From positions 1 through 35,336 of the IMG/VR virus record IMGVR_UViG_3300032257_000563: a DNA stretch of 35,336 bases. One strand, written 5' to 3'. Below are positions 8,224 to 16,529 of this stretch, in pieces (position 1 is the stretch's first letter; each line of letters opens with the position of its first letter). The notes beneath the pieces were generated by a model that saw only the letters and a program-made list of their open reading frames with translations, ran no database searches and was not told where the DNA came from. The stretch comes from a virus (Duplodnaviria; Caudoviricetes). The position numbers and the translations under genes are program-made.

Positions 8224-8671
8224 TTAATAAATTTTCAATCATTATATTAGTGGCTACATCTATTGATGTTTCACGTTCTTTATTGTTTTCTGTATATTTC
8301 ACCGCTTGTATATAAACTTTTGTAGCCATTGCGCTTACAATTTTTCCATCATAAGAGATATTCTTTTTGCTCATTACTTCCATAACTTTATTTAGACACT
8401 TAGATAGTAGTTCTGGGTCTACTTCTGGGAAGGTATTTTTATTGTTAGTATCAGAATTCCAAGTTCCAGACTTTAATTCGTCAGAGGTGCATTGTAAGAT
8501 GCTGGCGATTTTATTCAAAACGTCAGATCTAGGGTTTTTTGAGCTACCATTTACAATCATTTTTACAGTACCTTCACTTACTCCGGAATCTAGCGATAGG
8601 CTGCGCATTGATTTAACTCCAAGCTCTGTCATTCTAGTTTTTATGTTGTCTGATAATGTTGTTTTACTCAT
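8204..8671 (-). CDS. cI: CI-like XRE repressor
   Basis: HTH SMRSLSLDSGVSEGTVKMIVNG..KNPR...KIA.IL; divergent from cro across the operators; probable start MSKTTL at 8671 (track gives 8689). Confidence 0.85.
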   Translation of the reverse strand: MSKTTLSDNIKTRMTELGVKSMRSLSLDSGVSEGTVKMIVNGSSKNPRSDVLNKIASILQCTSDELKSGTWNSDTNNKNTFPEVDPELLSKCLNKVMEVMSKKNISYDGKIVSAMATKVYIQAVKYTENNKERETSIDVATNIMIENLLNEEKTG

Positions 8672-8751
8672 GGGAAAGTATTCTACCATAAAAATTAATA
8701 ATTACATGGTTAAAGTTTTTACTTTACAATGGTAAATAAAATTACCATAAT
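8670..8751. promoter_or_regulatory. OR region: PR, PRM and three operators
   Basis: Operators 8670-8689, 8706-8725 (degenerate) and 8729-8748 (ATGGTAAATAAAATTACCAT); PR TTTACA-N17-CATAAT (8723-8751); minus-strand extended -10 TGgTAGAAT ahead of cI. Confidence 0.8.
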
Positions 8752-8759
8752 GCCATACT

Positions 8760-8969
8760 ATGAACATAAAAGAAATAGTACTTAAAGATATAGAAGATTT
8801 TCAGAAGCTACATAATCTAAACGATAGGAAGCTTGGTTTAGCTATTAGTAATGACCATAATTTAATCACAAGAGTAAGAACAAAGAATGTCAGCACAGCT
8901 ACGTTAGAGAAACTCTATAACTACATGAAAAATTACAATAAAATCCCAAAAAGTGAAGACGACAAATGA
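8760..8969 (+). CDS. cro: Cro-like protein
   Basis: 69 aa helical protein directly after PR, divergent from cI. Confidence 0.7.
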   Translation: MNIKEIVLKDIEDFQKLHNLNDRKLGLAISNDHNLITRVRTKNVSTATLEKLYNYMKNYNKIPKSEDDK

Positions 8970-9081
8970 CCATATATTTTAACATATTTTTCTCCCTATT
9001 AATTGATGATGGTTAGAGGTTTACATTAAAAAAATATAATAGCAATTCCAATATAAGCACAAAAAAAGAATAGGGGACAAT

Positions 9082-9582
9082 ATGGTAAAGATTAGAAAGG
9101 CTGATACAATAGAAGATTGTATTAACAAAATTGTTGGAGACATAACTGTTGAAGTAGCGGCCTCTTTGGTGGATAGAACGACAAGTCTGATACGAAAATG
9201 GAGCGATCCTGATATTGAAGGTGCAAACCCTAGTTATAGCAAGGGTATGGATTTAGCTATAGGTTATGCCACTATAACTGGAAAACATAGTCCTTTGTTT
9301 GAATTGCTATTAGCCAAAGAAAAAGAAGCGATAGCTATAAGTGACACTCCAGAATTATCACTTATAGAAGGTATGTTGGATATTACGATAAAGCTAGGCT
9401 CTATGTCTGAGGCAGTTTCAAAAAGCATGTGTGTAATGTCAGAAAATGGAGAATCTATATCTCCAAATGAGTCCAATGCTTTATGGCAATTAGCATCAGG
9501 TCTTGAGGATTCAGCAAGAAGTTTAAAAACTGCGATAAAACAAGGTGCTGATGCATCTTCAAAGATATCTAAAATTCATTAA
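9082..9582 (+). CDS. CII-like phage regulatory protein
   Basis: Follows cro; N-terminal HTH VAASLVDRTTSLIRKWSDPD; C-terminal GESISPNE helix pair; GGGGA RBS. Confidence 0.55.
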   Translation: MVKIRKADTIEDCINKIVGDITVEVAASLVDRTTSLIRKWSDPDIEGANPSYSKGMDLAIGYATITGKHSPLFELLLAKEKEAIAISDTPELSLIEGMLDITIKLGSMSEAVSKSMCVMSENGESISPNESNALWQLASGLEDSARSLKTAIKQGADASSKISKIH

Positions 9583-9603
9583 ATTTAATGTAAGGGGAAG
9601 GGT

Positions 9604-9756
9604 ATGGAAAATATTATATTTATGTTTGCTGGATTTGTGATCGGTTACTTTTTGGTTATGTATTTAAGGAAAAGTAAGAAGAAACCTTATTCGCAAACTC
9701 GTTACAGTTATGCAGAAATTGAACGAATTAGGATGGAAGCACGTTCAAAACTTTAA
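9604..9756 (+). CDS. Small single-TM protein (50 aa, not in ORF track)
   Basis: MENIIFMFAGFVIGYFLVMYLRKSKKK...SKL*; purine-rich RBS. Confidence 0.6.
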   Translation: MENIIFMFAGFVIGYFLVMYLRKSKKKPYSQTRYSYAEIERIRMEARSKL

Positions 9757-9775
9757 TAAAATAAGGGGAAATACA

Positions 9776-10387
9776 ATGGTATCAATTTCAGACGAAAGTT
9801 TTAACAGGGATTTTGCATATATTACAAAAATACTGAGGAAAGAATATAATTTAACTCAAGCTCAATTTTCTCAAAAATGTGGATTATCTAGAGCTGCTAT
9901 AAGCAATATAGAAACAGAAAAATCAAACCGTCATACTTTCGATACAATATATAAAGTTATAACAGCCTTTAATGAACTTGATGCCCCCAAGAAGCACAAA
10001 ATCATGTGCGATAGAGCAAGGGAATTGGAAGCTGAAAATCATAATCTTAAAACCAGCAATGCTAGACTAGATGCAGAAGTTAATACTGAATACGCTAAAA
10101 ATGATTTATTACTCAGGCAGTTTAATGCATCAAAAGTCAAAATAAAAACTTTAGAAGAAGATAATAAACTCCTTGAAAAAAGAAAAGACTTCCTAAAAAA
10201 TGTTTTAAAAAGAAACAATAAAGCCTTATGTCATTGGAAAGATTCATCTAATTATTTTAAAAAAGAACTCAAAAACCTCCAAAATAAACCTAATTTATTC
10301 AAGCGTATATTCAGTAAAAAAATAGGGGCATTGGGATGCATATTCTTGATGATTGCAATTGTTGCTATAGCGAGGTTAGGGGCGTGA
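9776..10387 (+). CDS. XRE-HTH protein with coiled coil and C-terminal TM
   Basis: LRKEYNLTQAQFSQKCGLSRAAISNIE HTH; heptad region; hydrophobic tail; AAGGGG RBS supports ATG 9776. Confidence 0.75.
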   Translation: MVSISDESFNRDFAYITKILRKEYNLTQAQFSQKCGLSRAAISNIETEKSNRHTFDTIYKVITAFNELDAPKKHKIMCDRARELEAENHNLKTSNARLDAEVNTEYAKNDLLLRQFNASKVKIKTLEEDNKLLEKRKDFLKNVLKRNNKALCHWKDSSNYFKKELKNLQNKPNLFKRIFSKKIGALGCIFLMIAIVAIARLGA

Positions 10388-10389
10388 CT

Positions 10390-10767
10390 TTATCTCAACA
10401 TATCCTCAATGTCACATCGAAGGGCATCAGCGAGGTTTTTGTAAATAGAAATATCACCTGTTCTTTTGCCAGATTCTATCATACCGATGTATTGACCAGA
10501 AACATTTATTTTATTGCCAAGATCAACTTTGCTAAACCCTCTATACTCTCTCCAGAGTTCTATCAGCTTACCAGAGGTTTCCGCTTCAGATATGGACATG
10601 GTAAAACCCATAGGAAAAGTTTCTTCATTGGATTCTTGAGCCTCTTTAATGGAGTTAATATCTTCCAAGTCTTCAAGGCGTTCTATAATGTCATTAAAGC
10701 TCTCTTCGGACATTTTTACAAAAAGATTTCCATCTTCATTTATGTGTTCAATATCTTGTATTCTCAT
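10390..10767 (-). CDS. XRE-HTH antitoxin (HigA-like)
   Basis: WREYRGFSKVDLG...VSGQYIGMIESGKRTG; acidic N-terminal half; ATGA overlap with the toxin gene. Confidence 0.85.
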   Translation of the reverse strand: MRIQDIEHINEDGNLFVKMSEESFNDIIERLEDLEDINSIKEAQESNEETFPMGFTMSISEAETSGKLIELWREYRGFSKVDLGNKINVSGQYIGMIESGKRTGDISIYKNLADALRCDIEDMLR

Positions 10768-11024
10768 TTGTATACCTCACTTCTATGTTTTGCTTTTACT
10801 ACTTCTACAATGAGGTCATCATCATGCAAGTAATAAACAACTCTATAATCTCCTATACGAAGTCTGTAAGCATCTTCAATGCTTTTAAGGGCTTTGATAT
10901 TATTGTTTGTTGCGTAAGGATCAAGAGCGATTGTCTCAAGTTTCGTATGCAATATTTTTCTTACCTTCTCAGGCAATCTTCTAATATCTTTAGTTGCTTT
11001 CTTTGTAAATCTAACTTCGTACAT
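10764..11024 (-). CDS. relE: RelE/ParE-family toxin
   Basis: YEVRFTKKATKDIRRL...YRLRIGDYRVVY...HRSEVYK; start ATG 11024. Confidence 0.92.
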   Translation of the reverse strand: MYEVRFTKKATKDIRRLPEKVRKILHTKLETIALDPYATNNNIKALKSIEDAYRLRIGDYRVVYYLHDDDLIVEVVKAKHRSEVYK

Positions 11025-11030
11025 AACAGT

Positions 11031-11059
11031 AACGTAACACAACGTTACGAAATAATCAA
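11031..11059 (-). promoter_or_regulatory. TA operon promoter
   Basis: TTGATT-N17-TACGTT with TG extension, 6 nt before the toxin ATG; overlapped by GTAAC/GTTAC motifs. Confidence 0.5.
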
Positions 11060-11145
11060 GCATAAAGGTAACATATTGTTACGTTTTTTAGTTCCCCAAA
11101 TCAACCTGTCAAATCTAATGGGGATATACTTCAAGGGGGTGCGTA

Positions 11146-12000
11146 GTGAGTAATTCGTGGTTTAGAATGTATAATGAATTTGCGTACGACCCAAAGGTTC
11201 AAAGCATGTCGGAAGAGCTTCAACGAAGGCTTGCAATGCTATTCTGTCTTGAATCAGATGGTTCTTTAGAAAAGCTGACAAAAGATGAAATTGCATTTGC
11301 GTTACGTATCGATGATGTAACGTTACATGAAACGTTACATGCGTTACAAGCAAAGGGTTTTTGTGACGAAAATGGACGTATTTTGAATTGGAAGAAACGC
11401 CAGTATGTAACGGATTCTAGTGCTGAACGGGTAAAGAGGCATAGAGAGAAAAAGAAGAAAGAACAGGAGGTTAGCAGCAATGTAACAAGTAAGAAACGTT
11501 ACAGTAACGTTACAGTAACGCCCCCAGATACAGATACAGATACAGATACAGATATAAAAGAAAGAACTACTAAAGTAGTTACAAAAGAAAAGCCGAAAAA
11601 AGATTATGAACAATTTGAAGAATTCTGGAATCTCTACCCATTTGAAAGAAGGTGCGAGAAACCAAAAGCATTCGATGCTTGGAAAAAGGCGGTGAAAAAA
11701 GTGCCTCCCGATACTCTGAAAGTTAAATTACAATCATATTTGGATAGCCAAGAAGCACAGAATGGATATGCTCCATACCCTGCAAAATGGCTGAGGAATG
11801 AAAGATACAACGAAGATTTTACCAAAGGAGCAGACAATGCAAAAACTAACAGAAAGCCAGACCAAGACAACGGAATTAACGATGTTGCAGACGAAATCAT
11901 CGCAAAGCGGAATAGAGCAATTGAAGAAGCAGAATCAAATAACAGCCATGCTACAGCAGTGCTGGAACACACAGAAAGGGTTCGGACAAAAAGATTGTAG
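11146..12000 (+). CDS. Phage replication initiator (replisome organiser, lambda O analogue)
   Basis: WFRMY...DPKV N-terminus, SAERVKRHRE, DTDTDTD linker, FEEFWNLYP...PYPAKWLR C-domain; internal iterons. Confidence 0.85.
   Translation: MSNSWFRMYNEFAYDPKVQSMSEELQRRLAMLFCLESDGSLEKLTKDEIAFALRIDDVTLHETLHALQAKGFCDENGRILNWKKRQYVTDSSAERVKRHREKKKKEQEVSSNVTSKKRYSNVTVTPPDTDTDTDTDIKERTTKVVTKEKPKKDYEQFEEFWNLYPFERRCEKPKAFDAWKKAVKKVPPDTLKVKLQSYLDSQEAQNGYAPYPAKWLRNERYNEDFTKGADNAKTNRKPDQDNGINDVADEIIAKRNRAIEEAESNNSHATAVLEHTERVRTKRL
11299..11520. repeat. Replication-origin iterons, consensus GWAACGTTACA
   Basis: Copies at 11317, 11329, 11493, 11504 plus partial copies (11299, 11341, 11481, 11515), flanked by A-rich tracts. 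Confidence 0.75.
11525..11554 (+). repeat. (CAGATA)5 coding microsatellite
   Basis: Five exact copies encoding the DT repeat. Confidence 0.9.
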
Positions 12001-12280
12001 TTTTGTAGATTGGGAAGGTGTGTTTCAGATGGTTCTTGCTGAATATTCAAAAGAGCAAGTTGAGAAAGGACTGTTCCAACATTTAAAAACTAGCCGTGAG
12101 CGTCCAACTCCTGCGGATATTGTAGCAATTATTAACAACTCCGCCCCAGAAGACAGACGAAAAAATAAATTAAAATATGTTGGTATTATGCGTCAAATTA
12201 GAGAACATAAATTTATAGATTCTGATACCAGTAACTGGCTTAATTCATATGAAAAAGGCGACATACCAACAGTGATATAG
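11837..12280 (+). CDS. Putative helicase loader (lambda P analogue)
   Basis: AAGGAG RBS before ATG 11837; W..VL.EY..EQV..GL..HL.....PTPADI; overlaps the initiator 3' end. Confidence 0.55.
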   Translation: MQKLTESQTKTTELTMLQTKSSQSGIEQLKKQNQITAMLQQCWNTQKGFGQKDCSFVDWEGVFQMVLAEYSKEQVEKGLFQHLKTSRERPTPADIVAIINNSAPEDRRKNKLKYVGIMRQIREHKFIDSDTSNWLNSYEKGDIPTVI

Positions 12281-12304
12281 TTTGTTAAATATGGGGAAAG
12301 CTAA

Positions 12305-12763
12305 ATGGTAAAATGGACAAAACAAGATGTGGAAAGACACTTAACGTTTGCTGTAGATGTAGAGAGAAAGTTGCCTCTAGGTCATAGGCGTTTCAGTAAG
12401 GCAGAAGAGCATGATAGTCTTGTCGCTCGCATGATTGACGGTAAGGATTATTTAAAATATGCCAAGTTAAGAAAAGGTGCAGCCGTGGCATTAGAAAAAC
12501 CGAGGTCAGTTGAACGACCATCGCCAAGGGATATTGATGACATGATGGAAATTTGTAGGTGGTTTCAGTTTCTATCTAAACATAAAAATAAAGAGATGGG
12601 TGTCAGGGTGCAGATACTGTGGCATTTCTCTTTAGGGTTAGGAGAAAGAGAGGTTGCTTGTGTCGTAGGTAAACCCCCTCGTACTTGTCGTAATTGGTAT
12701 AATGAGAGTGTGGAGGGATTAATGAAGCAATTGAGTCTTAGAGGGATTAGTAAAAGAATGTAA
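12305..12763 (+). CDS. DUF6362-like late transcription regulator (Q position)
   Basis: WT..DVE..L..A......LP, RPSPRDID.M..W, C-terminal HTH; last gene of the early operon. Confidence 0.6.
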   Translation: MVKWTKQDVERHLTFAVDVERKLPLGHRRFSKAEEHDSLVARMIDGKDYLKYAKLRKGAAVALEKPRSVERPSPRDIDDMMEICRWFQFLSKHKNKEMGVRVQILWHFSLGLGEREVACVVGKPPRTCRNWYNESVEGLMKQLSLRGISKRM

Positions 12764-12866
12764 TTAATGTATAATATTATTAATAACGCATTAATATATC
12801 TTTTTTTTATGAGTCGTTGGTACTACAATACACAATTATAATTGTTAAATTATTGTAGGGGTGTTT

Positions 12867-13913
12867 ATGAATACAGTAGATGATGATCTAGCGAAGTGGA
12901 AAGAAAAAGTTGCAATAATTTTAGATGCTGCAGGTAAGAAATACTTAAACATAGATAGCAATCAGAATGAGGCAATTAATCTACATCATTATACTAGCTT
13001 AGATGGAGCTTACCAGATTATTAAAAATGGAAATATAAGGCTTACCAATATTTTATATCTTAACGACCCCAATGAATTATATGATGGCTTGGACATTTAT
13101 ATGGAAGCCATAATTGGATTAAGAGAATCTTACAGTTGTAATTGTAGGATATCATTTATCTTATCTAAGATACATCATATTATTATTGATTGCTTAATAA
13201 TAAATACTTCTAGTAAATTTATAGTTAGCAAAAGAAAAGCCGATGATTTAGACAAAAAATGTAAAATAGAAAAGTTTGACTTTTCTATGGATACGTTGTC
13301 AGTTTATGTTGCAGCATTTTGTAGTAAGGAAAGCGAATCACTAAGGCATTGGGTTCATTATGGCGATAACGCAAAAGGTGTTTGTTTAGAATTCGAAGCT
13401 ATTGGTAAGAATAACTTACACTATCTAAATAACAATAGTAATATTAGCGAACAGGATAAGACTCAAGGTTCTGATATCATAGCAAAGGTATGTTATGCAA
13501 GTGATAAAAACAAGAAGGAATTTGTGAATGAATTTTTAAACAAAACAATAGAAAAAATTAATGATAATGATAATGATAGTGATGAATTATTTGTAAAAAA
13601 AATTATTTTCATTGCTGATCAGATATGCCAACACTGCATTGTCTCAAAAAACCAATCCTACTCTGATGAAAATGAGTACAGACTATTTGTTATATGCCAT
13701 TCTGACCGTAAGCATGAATATAGAATTAACAACAATAATTTACTTATACCATATATTGACAACTATTTATTTGACAAAGGGGTTTTAAAAGGCGTTATTC
13801 TTGGTTCTTTAAATAATGAAGAGCTTAATACTAGTAGTTTCAAGGGATTGTTAAAACAATGTGAATATGAAGATGTTGAGGTAACAATGTCTCCAATTAA
13901 ATATCGGGGATAA
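12867..13913 (+). CDS. DUF2971-domain protein (moron)
   Basis: LHHYTS, LTN..YLNDPNE, W.HYG....GVCLEF, KN.SY.DENEYR, GVILG; very AT-rich. Confidence 0.8.
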   Translation: MNTVDDDLAKWKEKVAIILDAAGKKYLNIDSNQNEAINLHHYTSLDGAYQIIKNGNIRLTNILYLNDPNELYDGLDIYMEAIIGLRESYSCNCRISFILSKIHHIIIDCLIINTSSKFIVSKRKADDLDKKCKIEKFDFSMDTLSVYVAAFCSKESESLRHWVHYGDNAKGVCLEFEAIGKNNLHYLNNNSNISEQDKTQGSDIIAKVCYASDKNKKEFVNEFLNKTIEKINDNDNDSDELFVKKIIFIADQICQHCIVSKNQSYSDENEYRLFVICHSDRKHEYRINNNNLLIPYIDNYLFDKGVLKGVILGSLNNEELNTSSFKGLLKQCEYEDVEVTMSPIKYRG

Positions 13914-13939
13914 TAAAAATATATATTTAGTAAAAAAAT

Positions 13940-13968
13940 CTTGCGCAAAAAACACGGATATGATATAT
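13940..13968 (+). promoter_or_regulatory. Candidate late promoter (pR'-like)
   Basis: CTTGCG-N17-ATATAT, close to the alphaproteobacterial CTTGAC-N17-CTATAT consensus. Confidence 0.4.
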
Positions 13969-13993
13969 GTGTGTTTATAAGGTCGAATTTTAT

Positions 13994-14032
13994 GCGTATG
14001 TGAAATGTTAACGTTTCTGGTACGCTTTTTTT
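13994..14032 (+). terminator. Intrinsic terminator (tR'-like)
   Basis: GCGTA..GAAATG-TTAA-CGTTTC..TACGC followed by T7. Confidence 0.55.
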
Positions 14033-14056
14033 ACGTCCAGAATATGAGATTTTCCT

Positions 14057-14413
14057 ATGAAAAGAGATATGGATTTAGTTAGAAAATTACTTTTAGCTAT
14101 TGAAGAAAAAGATGAACGATTCACATCTGAGTCCCTAGAAGTTTTTGATTATAGCTCTGATGAGATTGACTATCATTGTGCTATGTTACTTGAAGCGGGT
14201 ATCATTAGAGGAAAACCGATTGGCACAATGGGGAGTCCTGATACTTGCTTAATTTCTGGCATATCATTTGAAGGCCATGAGTATTTGGATAGTATTAGAG
14301 ATAATAAGGTTTGGAGTCGAGTTAAAGACAAATCTAAAAAAGCTGGTGTTACACTAACATTTGATATAGTACGAGACGTAGCTAAAACTATCGCAAAAGA
14401 ACTAATAACTTAA
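14057..14413 (+). CDS. DUF2513-domain protein
   Basis: MKRDMDLVRKLLLAIE...YH..ML.EAG.I...GHEYLDSIRD..VW. Confidence 0.88.
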   Translation: MKRDMDLVRKLLLAIEEKDERFTSESLEVFDYSSDEIDYHCAMLLEAGIIRGKPIGTMGSPDTCLISGISFEGHEYLDSIRDNKVWSRVKDKSKKAGVTLTFDIVRDVAKTIAKELIT

Positions 14414-14440
14414 ATAAATTAGTACCTCCCCAAAATATAC

Positions 14441-14476
14441 AACCCCTCTTAAGCTGTAACTTAAGAGGGGTTTTTT
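14441..14476 (+). terminator. Intrinsic terminator
   Basis: AACCCCTCTTAAG-loop-CTTAAGAGGGGTT followed by a T tract. Confidence 0.85.
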
Positions 14477-14501
14477 ATTAACCTAATATCAGTAGGATAA
14501 T

Positions 14502-14684
14502 GTGAAGAATAATAACAGATTTACATTCAAAATGGAAGCAATAAAAGGTTGGTTTGTTATGGAAATAAATGCATTACAGAATACAAAAATATCTGATGCT
14601 ATAGCATTTGCAATTAAGTGGGGAATAATAATTTATGGGATAACTTCTATTATTAAAGTTATAGCTCCTAACGGATTTATATAA
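14502..14684 (+). CDS. Small membrane protein
   Basis: 60 aa with hydrophobic C-terminus; AGGA before the GTG start. Confidence 0.45.
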   Translation: MKNNNRFTFKMEAIKGWFVMEINALQNTKISDAIAFAIKWGIIIYGITSIIKVIAPNGFI

Positions 14685-14850
14685 TTAACTAATATATAAC
14701 GCCTTCTAGTAAACTATATTAATCAAAGAGACATTTAACTTTGTGTTTCTTAACAATGCCAAGATCATTATTATTGTAAACACGGTTATAATAGTTGTTC
14801 TACCATTCTCTTAATAACTTGAAAACAATCAAAATTAATCAATAAATCAA

Positions 14851-15156
14851 ATGACACACGGCGGAAAAAGAAAAGGCGCAGGCAGACCCGTAGGCGCAAA
14901 AAATAAGCTGACTGAGGAAATAGTTAAAGCTGTAAAGGAAAGTGGAGATACTCCGCTAGAATTCATACTGAGTATTTATAGGGATGAAGAGAGATCAATT
15001 GACATAAGGATTGATGCAGCAAAGGCAGCATTACCATATGTGCATGGAAAGATGTCGACACAATTAGAACATAGTGGGGAAGTGGATAGCAAAGTTGTGC
15101 ATTTAAGTGCAGAGGAAGCTACCGCTATTTCGGAAGCATTAGAGGATGAATATTAA
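14851..15156 (+). CDS. terS: Terminase small subunit
   Basis: GGKRKGAGRP.GAKNK...TPLEF...RIDAAKAALPYVH; overlaps terL. Confidence 0.8.
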   Translation: MTHGGKRKGAGRPVGAKNKLTEEIVKAVKESGDTPLEFILSIYRDEERSIDIRIDAAKAALPYVHGKMSTQLEHSGEVDSKVVHLSAEEATAISEALEDEY

Positions 15157-16528
15157 AGAAAAGAAAGTAATTAAGTACAAGTGCGAAAAGGACTTTTATT
15201 TTTTTGCTAGATATTTCTTTAAGGAATTACAGGGAAGTAAATTTGTAAGAAACTATCATCATGAAGAAATAGCTAATACGTTGCAAGCTATAGCTTCATA
15301 TAAGATAGGTAATACCGTATTCAATTTGCCTCCTCGTTATAGTAAGACCGAACTCATTGTTATTTTATTCATAGCATGGTCTATTGCAAAGAACCCAAGG
15401 GCTAAATTTATACATCTTTCATATTCTGATGATCTTGCTCTAGATAATAGTAGTAAAATAAAAGAAGTTATTGAGGGTGAGGAATATCAGGAACTATGGC
15501 AGATTTGTTTAAAGCCTGATTCTAAAAGTAAGAAGAAATGGTATACCATGGAAGGAGGTGGTTTATATGCTACTGCCTCCGGTGGGTCTATAACTGGATT
15601 TGGTGCAGGTAGTACAGAAGATACAGAAGAATTTGCTGGAGCTATTATAATTGATGATCCCCACAAGGTGGATGATGCCACTAGGGATACTGAAAGGAAT
15701 AAAGTTAATAACAGATTAAACAGTACTATACAAAGCAGAAGGAATAGTAGAAAAACTCCTATAATAATAGTCATGCAACGACTTCATGAAGAAGATATGA
15801 CTGGTTTTGTATTAGATGGTGGAATGGGTGAAGAGTTTCATCATGTATGTTTTGTGGCTGAGCAGTCTAATAAAACTCCTTTATGGGAATATAAGCATAC
15901 TTGGGAAGAGTTGCAGCAACTAAAGGCCGCAAATGCCTATGTGTATAGTGGTCAGTATATGCAGAATCCCGTACCTTGTGAGGGAGGTATGGTTAAACTG
16001 AAATGGTTTAATAGATATAATACACCACCATCTCAGTATTTTCGTATTGTTCAGTCTTGGGATACAGCTATTAAGGCTACTGAGAGTAGTGATTATAGTG
16101 TGTGTACTACATGGGCAGAAACAAAAAATAGTTATGTTTTGTTAGATATATTTAGGGATAAACTGGAATATCCGGACTTAAAGCGTACCGTTATTAATTA
16201 TTCTGCTAAATATAATCCGGGTGCTATATTAATTGAAGATAAAGCAAGTGGGCAGCAATTATTGCAAGATTTAAGGCGTAACACAATATTGCCAGTAATC
16301 TCTATTAATCCTGAAAAAGATAAAATAACACGAATGGCAGCTGTATCATCGATGATTGAAGCAGGAACGGTTTATTTACCAAATAAAGCAACATGGCTTG
16401 TTGATTATGAGGGTGAAATTGGAAAGTTCCCGTTATCAAAGAATGATGATCAGGTTGATAGCACAAGTCAGTTTCTTAACTGGATACGTAACAAAAAAGA
16501 ATTTAAACCAAACATAAGATCATTATAA
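15146..16528 (+). CDS. terL: Terminase large subunit
   Basis: NLPPRYSKT Walker A, IIIDDP Walker B, MQRLHEED, SWDTA, NDDQVD nuclease motif. Confidence 0.96.
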   Translation: MNIKEKKVIKYKCEKDFYFFARYFFKELQGSKFVRNYHHEEIANTLQAIASYKIGNTVFNLPPRYSKTELIVILFIAWSIAKNPRAKFIHLSYSDDLALDNSSKIKEVIEGEEYQELWQICLKPDSKSKKKWYTMEGGGLYATASGGSITGFGAGSTEDTEEFAGAIIIDDPHKVDDATRDTERNKVNNRLNSTIQSRRNSRKTPIIIVMQRLHEEDMTGFVLDGGMGEEFHHVCFVAEQSNKTPLWEYKHTWEELQQLKAANAYVYSGQYMQNPVPCEGGMVKLKWFNRYNTPPSQYFRIVQSWDTAIKATESSDYSVCTTWAETKNSYVLLDIFRDKLEYPDLKRTVINYSAKYNPGAILIEDKASGQQLLQDLRRNTILPVISINPEKDKITRMAAVSSMIEAGTVYLPNKATWLVDYEGEIGKFPLSKNDDQVDSTSQFLNWIRNKKEFKPNIRSL

Positions 16529-16529
16529 T

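Noticed and set aside
10336-11153. Plus-strand ORFs 10336-10833 and 10785-11153
   Set aside because: Antisense to the clear TA pair.
11299-11554. Repeats as a CRISPR array or DGR element
   Set aside because: Units are 6-12 bp, in frame within the initiator, with no spacers, cas genes or RT.
12780-12794. TTAA-N7-TTAA CtrA-like box
   Set aside because: Single hit in very AT-rich DNA; expected by chance.
14502-14684. Holin / lysis cassette
   Set aside because: Only one small hydrophobic ORF; no endolysin or spanin nearby.
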